Source: the human T2T-CHM13v2.0 reference genome, Homo sapiens. Taken from it: a DNA stretch of 64,000 bases. The DNA lies in assembly GCF_009914755.1 (NCBI RefSeq), contig NC_060930.1. The stretch is one strand, 5' to 3'. Of the stretch, positions 31,561 through 54,760 are shown piece by piece; the stretch's first letter is position 1; every line of letters starts with the position of its first letter. Below the pieces are notes generated by a model. The model had not been told where the DNA came from. It did not search any database and worked only from the letters and a program-made list of their open reading frames with translations. The position numbers and the translations under genes were made by a program.

Positions 31561-33337
31561 TGATGCAGGTTTAGGGAAACTCAAGGATTGCTTAAGAGGT
31601 AAAAACAGTCACATGCTCTTGTAGGCCGGTATTGTGGCTTCTTTAGCAAGAACTTAATAGCTTTCTAAACCACAATTTCTTTTTTGTTCCATTGAAATTC
31701 ACTATAGCCAGAGATTTTATTTGATCATGGATTGTAAGCATGAAAACTGTTCTCTTCAATTACGGCATCTGTGTTCAGCCTCTTTTCTCTCCAATTTATG
31801 ACAGTTATCTAAACAATATACAAAACAAAAAGCTTGAAGGAAACACCCTGCATCTGAAGCTTACCACTGGGCTGGATCCCATTATCTGTCAAGAACACTT
31901 AAAGAAAAGCTCTCGAGAAAGCCTTGAGGATACAGTCTTACCTTCTGCTATTTAGATATAAAAGTAATTGGCTTTTTCAAAACTTGAAGATTGAATATTA
32001 CTGGACTCTCAGTTAATTTAAATTGCATGCTGCACTCAGAGAGCCTTCCATGTCTGCTTGCACACTGACCAGCACTGACAAGGAGTAGCTGATACATACC
32101 AGCATTGTTTTTCCAAGCTCAATAAGTTTGTGGTCTGCCTTCAAAGGTATTCCAGGTGACTGTTGTACCAAATATGCCCCAAGGTCTAACAAGAATCAAT
32201 GGCTATCCAGCATGCCATGCCTGTGCGCTACCACCTGACCTCTCAGTAATTCAATTATATTTCAGGTTTTAGGTATTCGTACTTCTGGGTACTCAATTTT
32301 GGACTAGTTATGATATAAGTTGCAAAGGCTGTAAAATAGACTCAAGTAACACAATAATGGCTTATACAGGATGAAGTTTATTTCCCTCTTACCTAATAGT
32401 AAGAGCAGTTTAGGGGTGCTATGGCAGCTCCACATGTTGAGTGTCCCTCTTACCTTGTTGATCTACCTTCCTCAACACACAGCCTCTATCTCTAGGTCTA
32501 AGATGACTGCCCTCCCCTCACTCTCCCATCATGCCTTCCCATCTGCTAATAGAAGAAGGAGAATACAGGCAGAAGAAGGCATGCTTGTTCTTTTAAGGTT
32601 ATCAACAAGTCAGTGGTCCAAAATACTCCTGCTCATATCCTATTGGAGGGAACTTAGTCATATAGTCACACTGAGCCACGTGGGAGTCAGGGAAATGAAG
32701 CCTTTAGCTGACAACTATGAGCCCAGCTAAAACCTTTATTGTACTATACAAGAATGGTAGAATAGACACCTGGAGATAGCTAGCAGTCTCTGCACTGTCC
32801 ATTTTTCTATTAGGTTTTTGTTTTCTGTTCGTTTTCTTGGTTATTCTGATGGATTTCCTGTTCTGTCAATTCTTATTGATTTGCACTAATACCTTATCTA
32901 TTGTAGAAATTAGTCTCTTATGGTTTGAGATATTACAAATATATTCTCCCAATCTAATATGTGTCTGTTAACTTCATTTCCTTCCACTGATGCTTACAAA
33001 TGGATTTCTTTTGCCTGATGTCCTTTCCCTCTTGTAGCAACTTGCTAAAACTTGCTAACAAGAACTAGACCATAGATACTAATTACTACTAACAGAATTA
33101 TGGTATCAATAGGCTATCTTCAGTTTTTAAAAATTTCTTATTTCTATTTAATCAATACATAATTTTTTCTTTAAGATTTATACATTTAACGTGGGTATAG
33201 CTATCTGCCTACTTCTGATATTAGTAATTTTCATCACTAGAAGATGTATTACATATGTATATATATACAAACACATATATAACAATGAAATATACAAACA
33301 TATACATATATCTGTACATTTATAAAATAAAGGTGAG

Positions 33338-37830
<4,493 letters not shown>

Positions 37831-39424
37831 GCTCAATTTTGGCATAATCAATTTTTTAAAAAAATTAAGGATCCTACAGGAGTCAGACAATCTTGAGATC
37901 TCTTCCAAGCTCCAGCGTTTACTGGATGCATGACCTTTAACAAATGACAGTATCTCTGAATCTATTCTCTTCATTTATAAAGTGGGCATTTCATATGAAC
38001 GTACAGGTAAAGTACCTACAACACCACTAAATACCTGGTGGACACTCAACAAATAATTTTTATCATTTTCACCAATAATATTGCAATCTAATGAAAACAA
38101 TATTACTTGTAAATAATGAACCATGATTATGGTTACACAATAAATTGATAATTGAAAAAATTGCAAACATTTAAAAATAAATTAATTAAGCCTTCTTATC
38201 TCTGAACATGATGTCTCTCTACATTAATTTAGATTATCTTTGGTAGCTTTCAGTCAAGTTTGTTTTTTACTTCTTTCATAAAGCTCTTGCAAATCTTTTG
38301 TTGTGTGTCAATGACATCTGTTCTCAGGATTTAAACATAAATACAGAATATTTAGGCTCTAGGGATTGAAAACTGTCAAGAGAATCTATACAAATTTACT
38401 TTCTGGAGGTTTTTTTTTTTTAATTTTTACGTTGTTTTTGAGACAGGGTATCCCTCTGTCACCCAGGGTGGAGCGCAGTGGTACCATCTCGGCTTACTGC
38501 AGCCTCTACCTCCCTTTAATCAGGTGATCATCCAGAATAGCTGGACAACAGGCATGTGCCACCACGCCTGGCTAATTTTTATATTTTTTGTAGAGACAGG
38601 GTTTCACCACATTGCCCAGGCTGTCTTGACCCCCTGGGCTCAGGTGATCCACCCTCCTTGGTCTCCCAAAGTGCTGGGATTACAGGTGTGAGCCACCGCA
38701 GCCAGCCACTTTCTGGAGATTTTTAAGAAACATTTTAGGGAAGTGTAATATATATACAGAAGAATACACATATAAAAAATGTATAGCTTGATTATCACAC
38801 AATGAACACACCCATATAAAAAATAAAACCTCACCAGCACCCCAAAGATTCCCTCACGTCCCCTGTCAGCTACTACCCCACACTCCCCTCCACAGGTACT
38901 TCTTGTCCTTCTAATAAATAGTAACCTTTTGAACACTATGTTATGAATTGTTTGTAGCTGGCACATAGAAGCACTAACTCTGGTATACCCTGCCATCTTG
39001 TTAAGCTTTTCTATTTATTAAATCATTTGTCTGTGTGTATTCACAGGCGAAAGAAATAAGGTTCATATGGTGAGGCATTCTGCTCAAATCCGGGCTGTAT
39101 ATCAGAGAAGACCAGATTTGAATGGTGGTCTTGTTGATTTTATTCTGTTTTGCTAATTTTCTACTTTGTATTTTTCACTGAAGTTAGGCAGAAATTCAGA
39201 ATCCTGGTTTCTGTTTCTCAAGAGGCATATGTGCATGAAACTTTGTCCTGCCCTTATTTTGAGTTCCTCTGCCTGCTGGAGGACAAAGCTGGGGCTAGAT
39301 CAGCAGCAGGAAGTGCCTGTGAGAACAAGAAATTTGTAGTCCCAACAACATGCAATGGTTAACCAGAGATAAACCATTAAAGATGCTATGAGGCTTCTTT
39401 TATTGTGCCTGCCTTCTATTTTAG

Positions 39425-39602
39425 AGAGACCCATATTCGGGAAATGCCTTTCTGCCTGGTGAAAGCTCCAGTGAGGATGAAGAGCCTTTAGCAGAATTGT
39501 CAAAGGAAGAATTGTGCGCCAAAATAAAAAGCCTGAAAGAAAAACTAACAAACACCCGGAAAGAAAACAGCCGACTTCGACAGTCTTTGGTCATGCTTCA
39601 AG
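39425..39602 (+). CDS. BEND6: BEND6 exon 3 (acidic patch plus coiled coil)
   Basis: Acceptor TTCTATTTTAG|. Translates RDPYSGNAFLPGESSSEDEEPLAELSKEELCAKIKSLKEKLTNTRKENSRLRQSLVMLQ. Donor AAG|GTAAAC; 178 nt, phase 0 to 1. Confidence 0.92.
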
Positions 39603-40737
39603 GTAAACTTTGAGAAAATTGACATTTTAGATAAAAGGGAAAGTATATGATCAGTGGAAAGTATTGCAAATTAGCTGTCAAGAATGAAGAAGAAAATCCA
39701 CACCTCTGGGAGCTCAAAAAATCACAGTTTTAGAAAAAATCACTGATTATATAATTTAAATACAAAAGCACTCTATTGAAGGATCTAGCTTATGGCTTGA
39801 AAATTTTTAGATTCTCCTACAAAATACTAAATATTATATTCATTTAATAGTTTTTAAGAGATTATTTATTGAGCATTTAATATACACGACTCACAGTGCT
39901 AAGCCCTAGAGACCAAAGATTATTAAGACAGAGCAAATATGATAAGTTACTCATGATGTACTTAGGTCACCCCTGTCTGCTAGGGAAATCTCTAGAAAAT
40001 GGAGCTTATTGTGATTCTTCATGAAATCACTGGAATTAGAGTCCATATAGTACATTTTCATTTTTTTCTGTTGGGAAGAGTGTCTTGGGAAAATAATAAA
40101 AATAATAGCATTCCACTGGAAACATATAAAGAAGAAAGATCATCACAAAATACTCCAGTGGCTGGAAAAAAAATGAAAAAAGGAGAAAGACAGCATAAGC
40201 AAATTAAAAACTACTTGGCTTAATGCCTTTTTGTAGGATCCTATGTGATGTTCATGTGTTTATTTTTTCAAAAATTATGCTTTCCATTTGTAGTTAAGCA
40301 CTATATATTTTTTATACAGCTGAATATTTTATAATAAGGATACTATGTTGGCAGCACTCAGTTGTAAAACAGTAAATACACAGAACATTTTGAAAATAAG
40401 TCCTTCCAGTTGCTGTGTACAGAATGAGTACAAGTGGTACAAGAAAGTGAGGCAGAACCACCAGAAAGGCCATACAATTGTCCAGTCTCACATGGTAGCA
40501 ACCTACCCTAGAACAATGGCTTATGAAAATAGAGGGGTTCACAATGCATTTGGAGACAGAATAGTAATAAGAGACAGATAGAACACAGTGATGAATGAGG
40601 TTGAGAGTAATGATTCACATCCTTTCCTAAGAATATTTGTTAAATTAAAGGCTTCATACTTTTAAGTAGAAATAGCCACATGTAAGTAGAAAGATGTTAT
40701 TCAATTGACAAGGCATTACCTCTTTATTTCTTCACTT

Positions 40738-41504
40738 CATTTTTTTATTTGTTTGTTTTGTAGAAACAGGGTCTTGCTCTGTTGCCCAGGATGGAGTGCA
40801 GTGGTGAGATCATAGCTTACTGCAACCTCAAACTCCTAAGCCTAAGCAACCCTCCTGCCTCAGCCTCCTGAGTAGCTAGGACTTTTGGCATGCACCACCA
40901 CACCCGACTAATTTTTTAAATTTTTCATAGAGATGGGGGTCACACTGTGTTACCCAGGCTGGTTTTGAACTCCTGGCCTCAAGCCATCCTCCTGCTTTGG
41001 CCTCCCAAAGTGCTGGGATTACAGGTGTGAGCCACCGTACCTGGCCTTATTTCTTCATTTTACATATTATGTTTTTAAAACTGATGTTTTCTTTTGACTA
41101 GTTTTTTGTGATTTCCAAAGAATACATAATACCCATTTTTATATAATCTCTTCCAGAACTTAGCATAGGATGAAAAGCTAGTTTATAAAATTAGCATGAA
41201 TTGCTAGTTAAAAGCATTAATCTTGGCCGGGCGCAGTGGCTCACGCCTGTAATTCCAGCACTTTGGGAGGCCGAGGTGGGTGGATCAAGAGGTCAGGAGA
41301 TCAAGACCATCCTGGCTAACACTGTGAAACCCTGTCTCTACTAAAAATAGAAAAAATTAGCCAGGCGTGGTGGCGGGCACCTGTAGTCCCAGCTACTGGA
41401 AGGCTGAGGCAGGAGAATGGCATGAACCTGGGAGGCGGAGCTTGCAGTGAGCCGAGATCGTGCCCCTGCACTCCAGCCTGGGCGACAGAGCGAGACTCCA
41501 TCTC

Positions 41505-41532
<28 letters not shown>
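40738..41532. mobile_element. Inverted Alu pair: antisense 40738-41046, sense AluY-like 41225-41532
   Basis: The second has TSD-like GCATTAATCTT and a long pure A tail. Confidence 0.92.
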
Positions 41533-41538
<6 letters not shown>

Positions 41539-41899
41539 TAATCTTGGAGCTGTAGACCTTGGTGTGAAGCCCGACTTTGCTGTAAAACTTTGGCCATATT
41601 ATTTCACTGTGCCCTTATCCCCCACTAAGGTTTCCTCATCCAAAAAGCAGAGGAAGGCAATATATGATTTCCTTGTTGCTATGAGAATTCAATGAGCTAA
41701 TTAGTAGAAATGCTTTACCTAGTACCTGGCACAAAAGAAGAACTCAGTAATGGTAGTTATTATTGTTATTATACATTTTTATTGACACCTGACACATAAT
41801 CCATCCCCCAAAAAACTGTAGGCTAAATTTCATTATAAATATAGAAGAGAAAATTTTAAATAAAGAGTGCCAATCAGCTTCAATAGCATATAAAAATAA

Positions 41900-44899
<3,000 letters not shown>

Positions 44900-45559
44900 C
44901 CATTTATTCATTTAGTAAATATTTATAAAGTCCCTACTATGTGAAAGGGACTATTCTAAATACCGAGAAAACTCAATGAACAAAACAAAGATTCCTGCTT
45001 TCACGGAGCGTGTGTGTGGGGGTGGGGGGCGGCAAGAGGCATCTGGATAGTTAAAAAACATACAAAAGATAATTCACTAAATTATATAATATGTTGAATG
45101 GTGAAAGGTGCTATGGAAAAAATAGAGGCTGCAAAAAAAGATTACGTTTTGAGGGAGAGGGAGTGGTTTACAATGTTAACGGCATGTTTATAGCAGGCCT
45201 TCTTGTAAAGCTGCAGTTGGGAACTAGGAAGATAACAGAAAGTTGAAATCTCTTGTATAATACTATTAAGAAAGGGGTCTAAGGGAAGACTATATGCTGA
45301 TTATTTACTTTGTTTGCAATAATGTTCCTAACTCTTTAAGAATCAGGGCTGTTTCTGTGTTTGTAAAGCCTGCTAACTAAGAAAAATGGCAGAATGAATA
45401 TGCTATTCTAGAAATTCAGGATGGCAAACGTGTGTGTGCTATGTGTGTGTGTGTTAAGTATTTAATACATATCTTGTGCACTACAACTGACCAGCACAAT
45501 AGGATGTGAAAGAAAATAAGTGATATATCTGTTGTATAGAAAGGTATTAAATTGTCAGT

Positions 45560-46025
45560 ATTTATCATGTGTACACCTAGGAAAAACAAAGCATCAGCCA
45601 AAAACTTGACTCTTGTAAGTAATGAGATTTTAGTAAAGAATGAAAAATCAATGTTTTTAGACTCCAAAAAAATCAACTGAAAATGGATTAAGACCAGAAA
45701 CTATGGAACTTCTAGAAGAAAACATTGGGAAATGCTTCATGACATTGGTCTGGGAAAGGATTTTTTTTAATAAGACCCCAAGAGCATAGGCAACAAAAGC
45801 AAAAAAAAAAAAGAAGGAAAGAAAGAAAAAGGCAAATAGAATCACATCAAACCAAAAAGCTTCTACACAACAAAGGAAACAATCAACAGAGTGAAGAGAC
45901 AACCTCTGAAATGGAGAAAATGTTTGCAAACTCTGCATCTGACATGGGGTTAATATCCAGAAAATATAGGGAACTCAAACAACCCAATAGCAAAAAATCA
46001 AATAATTCTGTTTAAAAATGGGCGA
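45560..46025 (+). mobile_element. Older L1 (L1M) ORF2 3' fragment
   Basis: Typical L1 text CTAGAAGAAAACATTGGGAAATGCTTCATGACATTGGTCTGGG...AACAATCAACAGAGTGAAGAGACAACC. Confidence 0.8.
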
Positions 46026-46914
46026 GAAAATTGCTGGGTTCATCAGCCCACTCTGCTGAAGCCATGGTGCAGCAGTTTCCTCTCTGCTTCACTCACAGGA
46101 CCCAGGCAGGTGTCCAGGCATTAGGAGCACCCACTCACCTGGTTCAGCAGCCTGAGTTGCTCCCCACCCTTCTTGGGCATAAATCTTGGTGCAGTGGGAC
46201 TCTCTCCACTCCATGCCCAGGCAGATCTCCAGGTATTCAGAGCACTTGCTCATGTGGATCAGGAGCTTGATTCACCCCACCCTTTCTGTACAGAGATTCA
46301 TGGAGATTCTGTACAGTGATGGCATGGAGGCCATCTCTGCTTCATGCCCAGGCAGATCTCCAGGCATTTGGAGCACTTGCTCAGCTGGTTCAGCAGCCTG
46401 AGCTGCCCCACCCTTCTTGTGCAGAGAACCAGGTGCAGGGGGATCCTCACTGCTCCACATTCAAGCAGATCTCCAAGCATCTATTGCACTCACTTTCCTG
46501 GATTAGTTTAGGCCACGTTCCTCATGCCTGTGCAAAGAGCTTGGGGCCAAGGAGATTTCCCAGCTCCACAACTAGGCACACCTCTGGGCGCTTGGTGGCC
46601 ACCCACTGGATTCCCCATCAGTGCTGATGCTTGTGCCTGCTATCAGGAGACCTGAAGGTGGACCTGTCCATCCAGCCCTGCCCATTTTGGTCCCTCCTTC
46701 CCCTGCAGCTAAGCAGAGAGCACAGACCACTGTGTACTCCACCAATCAGCCCATTGACTGAGACCACAGAGAACTTCTCTCAGTAAAACAAGGATCAAGT
46801 CTATATCCAGCCACTTTGGTTGCAGCCAGCTCTTACCTATAAGTGCCATGTACTAGTCTGTAGGTCAAACTGCATGGCCCGATATAAAACCTGCCAACAG
46901 AAGTGCATAGACCT

Positions 46915-47949
46915 GGCCGCCCATTGTCTGGGATGTGAGGAGCGCCTCTGCCCAGCCGCCCCGTCTAGGAAGCGAGCCCCTCTGCCCGGCTGCCCCGTCT
47001 GGGAGGTGAGGAGCGCCTCTGCCTGGCCACCCATCGTCTGGGATGTGAGGAGCGCCTCTGCCCTGCTGCCCCATCTGGGAAGTGAGGAGTGCCTCTGCCC
47101 GGCCGCCCCGTCTGGGAGGTGTACCCAACAGCTCCAAAGAGACAGCGACCATCGAGAACGGGCCATGATGATGATGGCGGTTTTGTCGAAAAGAAAAGGG
47201 GGAAATGTGGGGAAAACAAAGAGAGATCAGATTGTTACTGTGTCTGTGTAGAAAGAAGTAGACATAAGAGACTCCATTTTGTTCTGTACTAAGAAAAATT
47301 CTGCCTTGGGATGCTGTTAATCTATAACCTTACCCCCAACCCCGTGCTCTCTGAAACATGTGCTGTGTTAACTCAGGGTTAAATGGGTTAAGGGTGGTGC
47401 AAGATGTGCTTTGTTAAACAGATGCTTGAAGGCAGCATGCTCATTAAGAGTCATCACTACTCCCTAATCTCAAGTACCCAGGGACACAAACACTGCGGAA
47501 GGCCTAGGAAAACCAGAGACCTTTGTTCTCGTGTTTATCTGCTGACCTTCTCTCCACTATTATCCTATGACCCTGCCACATCCCCCTCTCCGAGAAACAC
47601 CCAAGAATGATCAATAAATACTAAAAAAACAAACAAACAAAAAAAACCATAAATAACAAGAATCCAAAATATGAGATAATGAAAAAAAAAAAAAAAGTAG
47701 GAGTTGACCCTTTCCAAAATCTGGAGTTGGGATGGGCATTAGTGGTTTGGAGAGGAAAGAGCAGGTGTGTTGTGGCTGGGAGGCGATTCCTTTCAGCACC
47801 TTGGGTGATGTCTGAGGCCATACCCACTTTCTGTGCTAGTTTTGGGATTATGATGATTAACCCACACTCCCTTTGTTCCTCCCATGTAAGCTGGATTCTT
47901 GGGCATTCAACCAATATTAAACACTTCCTCTGAAAAAAAAAAAAAAAAA
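46915..47949 (+). mobile_element. 5'-truncated SVA (VNTR + SINE-R, older SVA_A/B-like) with 3' transduction
   Basis: VNTR units (GAGGAGCGCCTCTGCCC..) at 46915-~47120, then SINE-R to AATAAA at 47613-47618. 16-bp TSD AGAAGTGCATAGACCT at 46899-46914 and 47949-47964 encloses ~300 extra bp. Confidence 0.93.
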
Positions 47950-48202
47950 GAAGTGCATAGACCTATAGAAATGAAGCCAAAAGACCCTACCCAGTATTCA
48001 CTATAGCCACACTCCCTAGGGAGGGAGAAAAAGGAAAGAAAAAGAAAAAACATTTTAGGGAAAGGAAAAAAAAAGAAAAAAATCATACCCACATGAAAAA
48101 GAAAAAGAAATCCAGAGAACACCTGCTACATCCTATACAAAATGAACATCACCAAGACATAGAGTCACCAGACCCTCCAGGGTCAATGCTAAAGAAAAAG
48201 TC

Positions 48203-48507
48203 TTTTTTTTTTTTTTTTGGAGACAGGGTCTCAGGGTCTTGCTCTGTTGCCCAGGTTGGAGTGTAGTGATGCCATCACTGCTCACTGCAACCCCTACCTC
48301 CCAAGCTTAGGTGATCCTTCCACCTCACTCTCCCAAGTAACCGAGACTACAAGCATGCACCACAATGCCTGGCCAATTTTTCTATTTTTTGAAAAGATGG
48401 GGTTTTGCCATGTTGTCCAGGCTGATCTTGAACTCCTGGGCTCAAGTGATCCACTACCTTGGGTTCTCAAAGTGCTGGGATTACAGGCATGAGCCACTGA
48501 ACCTGGC
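48203..48507 (-). mobile_element. Alu in L1 ORF1
   Basis: Antisense dimer; the L1 resumes at AAGAAAAAAAATCTTAAAAGCC. Confidence 0.9.
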
Positions 48508-50265
48508 AAGAAAAAAAATCTTAAAAGCCACTAGAGAAAAATGTCAGATCACATTCACAGGGAACCCCATCAGGTGAATGGTGGACTTCTCAACAGAAAA
48601 CTTGCAAGGCAGGAGAGGTTAGGGGCCTATTTTCAGCATTCTTAAAACAAGAAGTTCCAACCAAGAGGTACATATCCTGAGAAACTAAGCTTCATCGGTG
48701 AAGGAGAAACAAAATATTTTCCAGATAAGCAAGTGCTAAGAGAATGAGTTAATACTAGACCAGCCTTACAAGAGATTCTTAAGGGAGTTCTAAACATGTA
48801 AACAAAATAATGAAACCTACTACCACAAAAACACACTTAAGTACGTTGCCCACAGATACTGTAAAATAACCACATGATAGAAACTACAAAGCAGGCAGTT
48901 AACAACTTTACAATAGGATCAAAACTTCATATATCAGTATTAACTTTGAATGTTAATGGTCTAAATGCCCCACTTAAAAGGCACAGAGTGGCATGTTGGA
49001 TTTAAAAAAGCAAGTAGACCTCATATGTAATGACACCCATAGGCTCAAAGTAAAGGGCTAGAGAAGTATCACAAATCAAAAATAAAGAAGAGCAGGGGTC
49101 GTGATTCTTATATCAGATAAAACAGACTTTAAGCCAACAATAGAAAAAGAAAGGGCAAAGTGGAGCATTACATAATGATAAAAGGTTCAATTAAATAAGA
49201 AGACTTAACTATCCTAAATATATATGCACCCAGCATTGGAGCACACAGATAAATAAAACAAGTACTTCTAGACCTATAAGAAGACTTAGACAGCCATACA
49301 ATAATAGTGGGGGACTTGAGAACACCCCACTGACAACATTAGGCAGATCATCCATGCAGAAAACTAACACAGGAATTCTGGAATTAAATTGGACATTTGA
49401 CAAAATGGACCTAAGAGACATCTACAGAATATTCCACCCATCAACCACAGAATATACATTCTTCTCATCTGCTCATGGAAAATATTGCAAGATTGAACAC
49501 ATGCCTGGCCACAGAGCAAATCTCAATAAATTCAAAAAAATTGAAATTATATGAACCATACTCTCAGACCACAGTGAAATAAAACTAGTAATCAATATCA
49601 AGAAGATCTCTCAAAACCACACAATTACATGAAAATTAAACAACTTGCTCCTGAATGACTTTGAGTAAACAATGAGATTAAGGCAGAAGTTTTAAAACTT
49701 CTTTGAAATTAATGAATATAGAAATATAACATACCAAAATTTCTGGGATACAGCAAAACTAGTGTTAAGAGAAAAGTTTATAGTACTAAACATTTACCTC
49801 AAAAAGTTAGAAATACCTCAATGATCTAACATTACACCTAGAGAAACTAGAAAATCAAGAAAAACAAACCCCAAAGCTAGCAGAAGAAAAGAAATCACTA
49901 AAATCAAAGAACTAAACAAAATTGAGACCCAAGAATCCATACAAAGAATCAATGAAACTAAAAGTTTGTTCTTTGAAAGGATAAACAAGATTGACAGACT
50001 GCTAGCAAAATTAACAAAGAAAAAAACAGAGAAAATCCAAACAAGCACAATCAGAAACAACAAATGTTACATTACAACTGACGCCACAGAAATACAAAAG
50101 ATCCTCAGAGACTATTATGAACACCTCTACACATACAAACTAGAAAATCTAGAGGAAATGCATGCATTCTTAGAAACACACACTCTCCTAAGGTTGAACC
50201 AGAAAGAAATTGAAACCCTAAACAGACTAATATCGAGTTCTAAAATTGGACCAATAATAAAAAAT

Positions 50266-50593
<328 letters not shown>

Positions 50594-51395
50594 CTACCAA
50601 TCAAAAAAAACCCAGACCAGATGGATTCATAGACAAATTCTACCAGACATGCAAAGAGCTGCTACCAATTCTACTGAAACTATTCCAAAAAATTGAGGAG
50701 GGAAGGACTCCTCTCCAGCTCATTCCACAAAGCCAGCATCACTCTGATACCAAAACTTTGCAAAGACACAATGAAAAAAGAAAACTACAGGCCAATATCC
50801 CTGATGAACATAGATGCAAAAATCCTCAACAAAATACTAGCAATTCAAATCAAACAGCACATCAAAAAGTTAATTCACCACTATCAAGTAGGCATCATTC
50901 CTGAATATAAGGTTGGTTCAACATACACAAATCAATAAATGTGATTTACCACATAAACAAAATTAAAGACAAAAACTTCATGATCATCTCAATAGATGTG
51001 GAAAAAGCTTTAAATAAAATCCAACATCCTTTCTTGATAAAAACCCTCAAGAAAATAGGCATCAAAGGAACACACCTAAAAATAATGAGCCACCTATGAC
51101 AAACCCACAGCCAACATAATACTGAGCAGGTAAAACCAGAAGCATTGCTCTCGAGAACTGGGACAAGACAAGGATGACCACTGTCATCACTCCTATTCAA
51201 CCTAGTACTAGAATTGGTAGCCAGAACAATGAAGCAAGAGAAAGAAATAAAAGGCATCCAAATAGGAAAAGAAGTCAAGCTATCTCTCTTTGCTGACAAT
51301 ATGAGTCTATACTAGAAAACCTTGAAGATTCTGCCAAACATCTCCTCGAAACGATAACGACTCTAGTGAAGTTTCAGGATACAAAATAAATGTAG

Positions 51396-51875
<480 letters not shown>

Positions 51876-52336
51876 TGAGACCAGCCTGGGCAACAAGGAA
51901 ATACAAAGAAATTAGCCAGACATGGTGGCATGTGCCAGTAGTCCCAGCTACTCAGGAGGATGAGGCAAGAGAGCTACATTGTCAGATTATATAGTTGAAA
52001 GTCAATAATTATCTGAATATGAAAAGAATTAAGAAGTAATTGTATATTGCACATTATTGCTTAAAACAGTAAGATAAATACCAGAAGAAACAGGTAAGTG
52101 AATTGGAAGTGGAGGCCTGTAGGATAGGTAATCAGGGGTGGCAAGAACTAGGACAGAGGACTGCTGTTTTTCATTATAAGCCTTATTTTTTTTCATAAAA
52201 TAATAAATCACTGGCTCATAATAGGTGTCCAATATCTAGTAGCTACCAGTTTTAAAAAGTCAGTAATTTCTTTATGCATCAGAAATCACTGCTATATTCC
52301 TGAAAGAAAAAAATTCATTCACATTAATTACAATTA

Positions 52337-52850
<514 letters not shown>

Positions 52851-53327
52851 TTAATAAGTTGACGAAAAATATTCTAAAATTAACCTGAAAGAATAAACCG
52901 GCAAGATAATTAAGAACATTCTGAAAAAGAAGAATATGAGTGCCAAACCTGTCAATATTTAGTCATATCAAGTTCCAATAATTTAAAGTGCCTGGCTAAT
53001 GCAAGAATCAACAGATCAGTGGAACAGAATGCATATCCTCCAAACAGAACCTAATGTATGATTAAGAAACTATCCTAAAAGCAGTGTGGCGTAGGAGCGA
53101 AGAGGTAAAAATATGAAGAAGCAAACCACCTGAGTTCAAGCCCTGCTCTGCCACCTAGTATCTGTGTAACCTTGTGCAAGTTGTTTAACCACTCTGTGAG
53201 TCCATTTTTTCATCTCTAAAATGGAAATAATAAATGTACTCACCTGAGTGACAGGTAAAGCATTCAGAACAGAGCCTGGCACATAGCAAGTATTTGCTGT
53301 TACAAATGTTTGCTATCACAAGTCAAC

Positions 53328-53510
53328 ATGGCCAGCTTCGTAGATGTGTGACGTGCAGTTACACAAGACCCTGCTCTTAGAAGGGCCCACATACTGATTA
53401 AAGGCTCTGCTGTCACCATCTTAAAATTCTTTAGATGTTTTGAACAATGAGCCCTGAATTTTTAGTTTGTATTGGACCCTGCAAACTATGTAGTCATGTA
53501 GTGAGTCCTG
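53328..53510. mobile_element. MER53-like hAT MITE
   Basis: GGCCAGCTTC..GCTCTTAGAAGGGCCC..CTCTGCTGTCACCATCTTAAAATTCTT..GGACCCTGCAAACTATGTAG resembles MER53. Confidence 0.65.
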
Positions 53511-54760
53511 CAAGTCAATCAGGAAAAGGATGAATTACTCAACAACATGTTGGGAAAATTGATATTCCAAGCTACCTTCTCACTTCACACTAGGTGGCTC
53601 ACTAAGAACATAACTATACAGTCTAAATTAAAACTCCATGTTCTGATTTTGAATGGGAAGTACTGGTTTGAACACATAATAAATTTTGTCTTTAAAAAGT
53701 TATAGTTTACCCAAAGCAATGTACAGATTGAATGCAATTCCTATCAAAATACCAATGACATTTTTCACAGAAATAGAAAAAACATTTTTTATAATTTGTA
53801 TGGATTCATGAAAGACCCTGAATAGCCAAAGCAATTCTGAGCAAAAAGAACAATGCTGGATGTATCACTCAAATATACTACCAAGCTGTAATAGCCAAAG
53901 CTGCATGGTATTGGCTTAAAAACAGACACATTAGACCAATAGGACAGAATAGAGAACTCAGAAACTAATCCACATACCGATAATCAATTGATTTTTGACA
54001 AAACACCAAGAACATTCACTGGGGAAATAATAGTCTCTTTAATAAATGGTGCTGGAGCCAGGCACGGTGACTTACACCTGTAATCCTAACACTTTGGGGG
54101 GCCGAGGTGGGAAAATCACTTGAGCCTAGGAGTTCGAGACCACCCTGGGCAACACAGGGAGACCCATCTCTACAAAAACTGTTAAAATGAGCCTGGTGTG
54201 GTGGCACGCACCTGTGGTCTCAACTACTCAGGAGGCTGGGTGGGAGGATTCCTTGAGTCCAGGAAGTTGAGGCTCCAGTGAACTGTGATCACACCACTGC
54301 ACTCCAGCCTAGAAGATGGAGTGAGACCATGTCTCAAATTAAAAAAAAAAAAAATCATGCTGGGAAAATTGGATAATTATTTGCAGAATGAAACTAGACC
54401 CCCACCTCTCGTCCTATGCAAAAATCAATTTGAAATGAATCAAAGACCTAAATTTAAGACCCCAAACAATGAAACTACTAGAAGAAAACATAGGGGAAAC
54501 ACTCCAGGACATTGGTCTGGAAAAGATTTTGTGAATAGGACCTTAAAAGCACAGGCAACAAAAGCAAAAATAAACAAACAATCTGATTTAAAAATGGCCA
54601 AGACTAGAGGATCACTTGAGGCAAGGAGTATGAGACCAGCATGGGCAACATAGCAAGACCCTATCTCTACAAAAAACAAATTTTTTTTTTTAATGAGCTG
54701 GGTATGGTGTCTTATGCCTGTAATCCCAGCTACTCGGGAGGCTGAGGCGGGAAGATAGCT

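Noticed and set aside
46100-47120. CRISPR-like repeat arrays
   Set aside because: These are L1 5'UTR tandem repeats and the SVA VNTR. The spacers are not unique and the sequence is eukaryotic.
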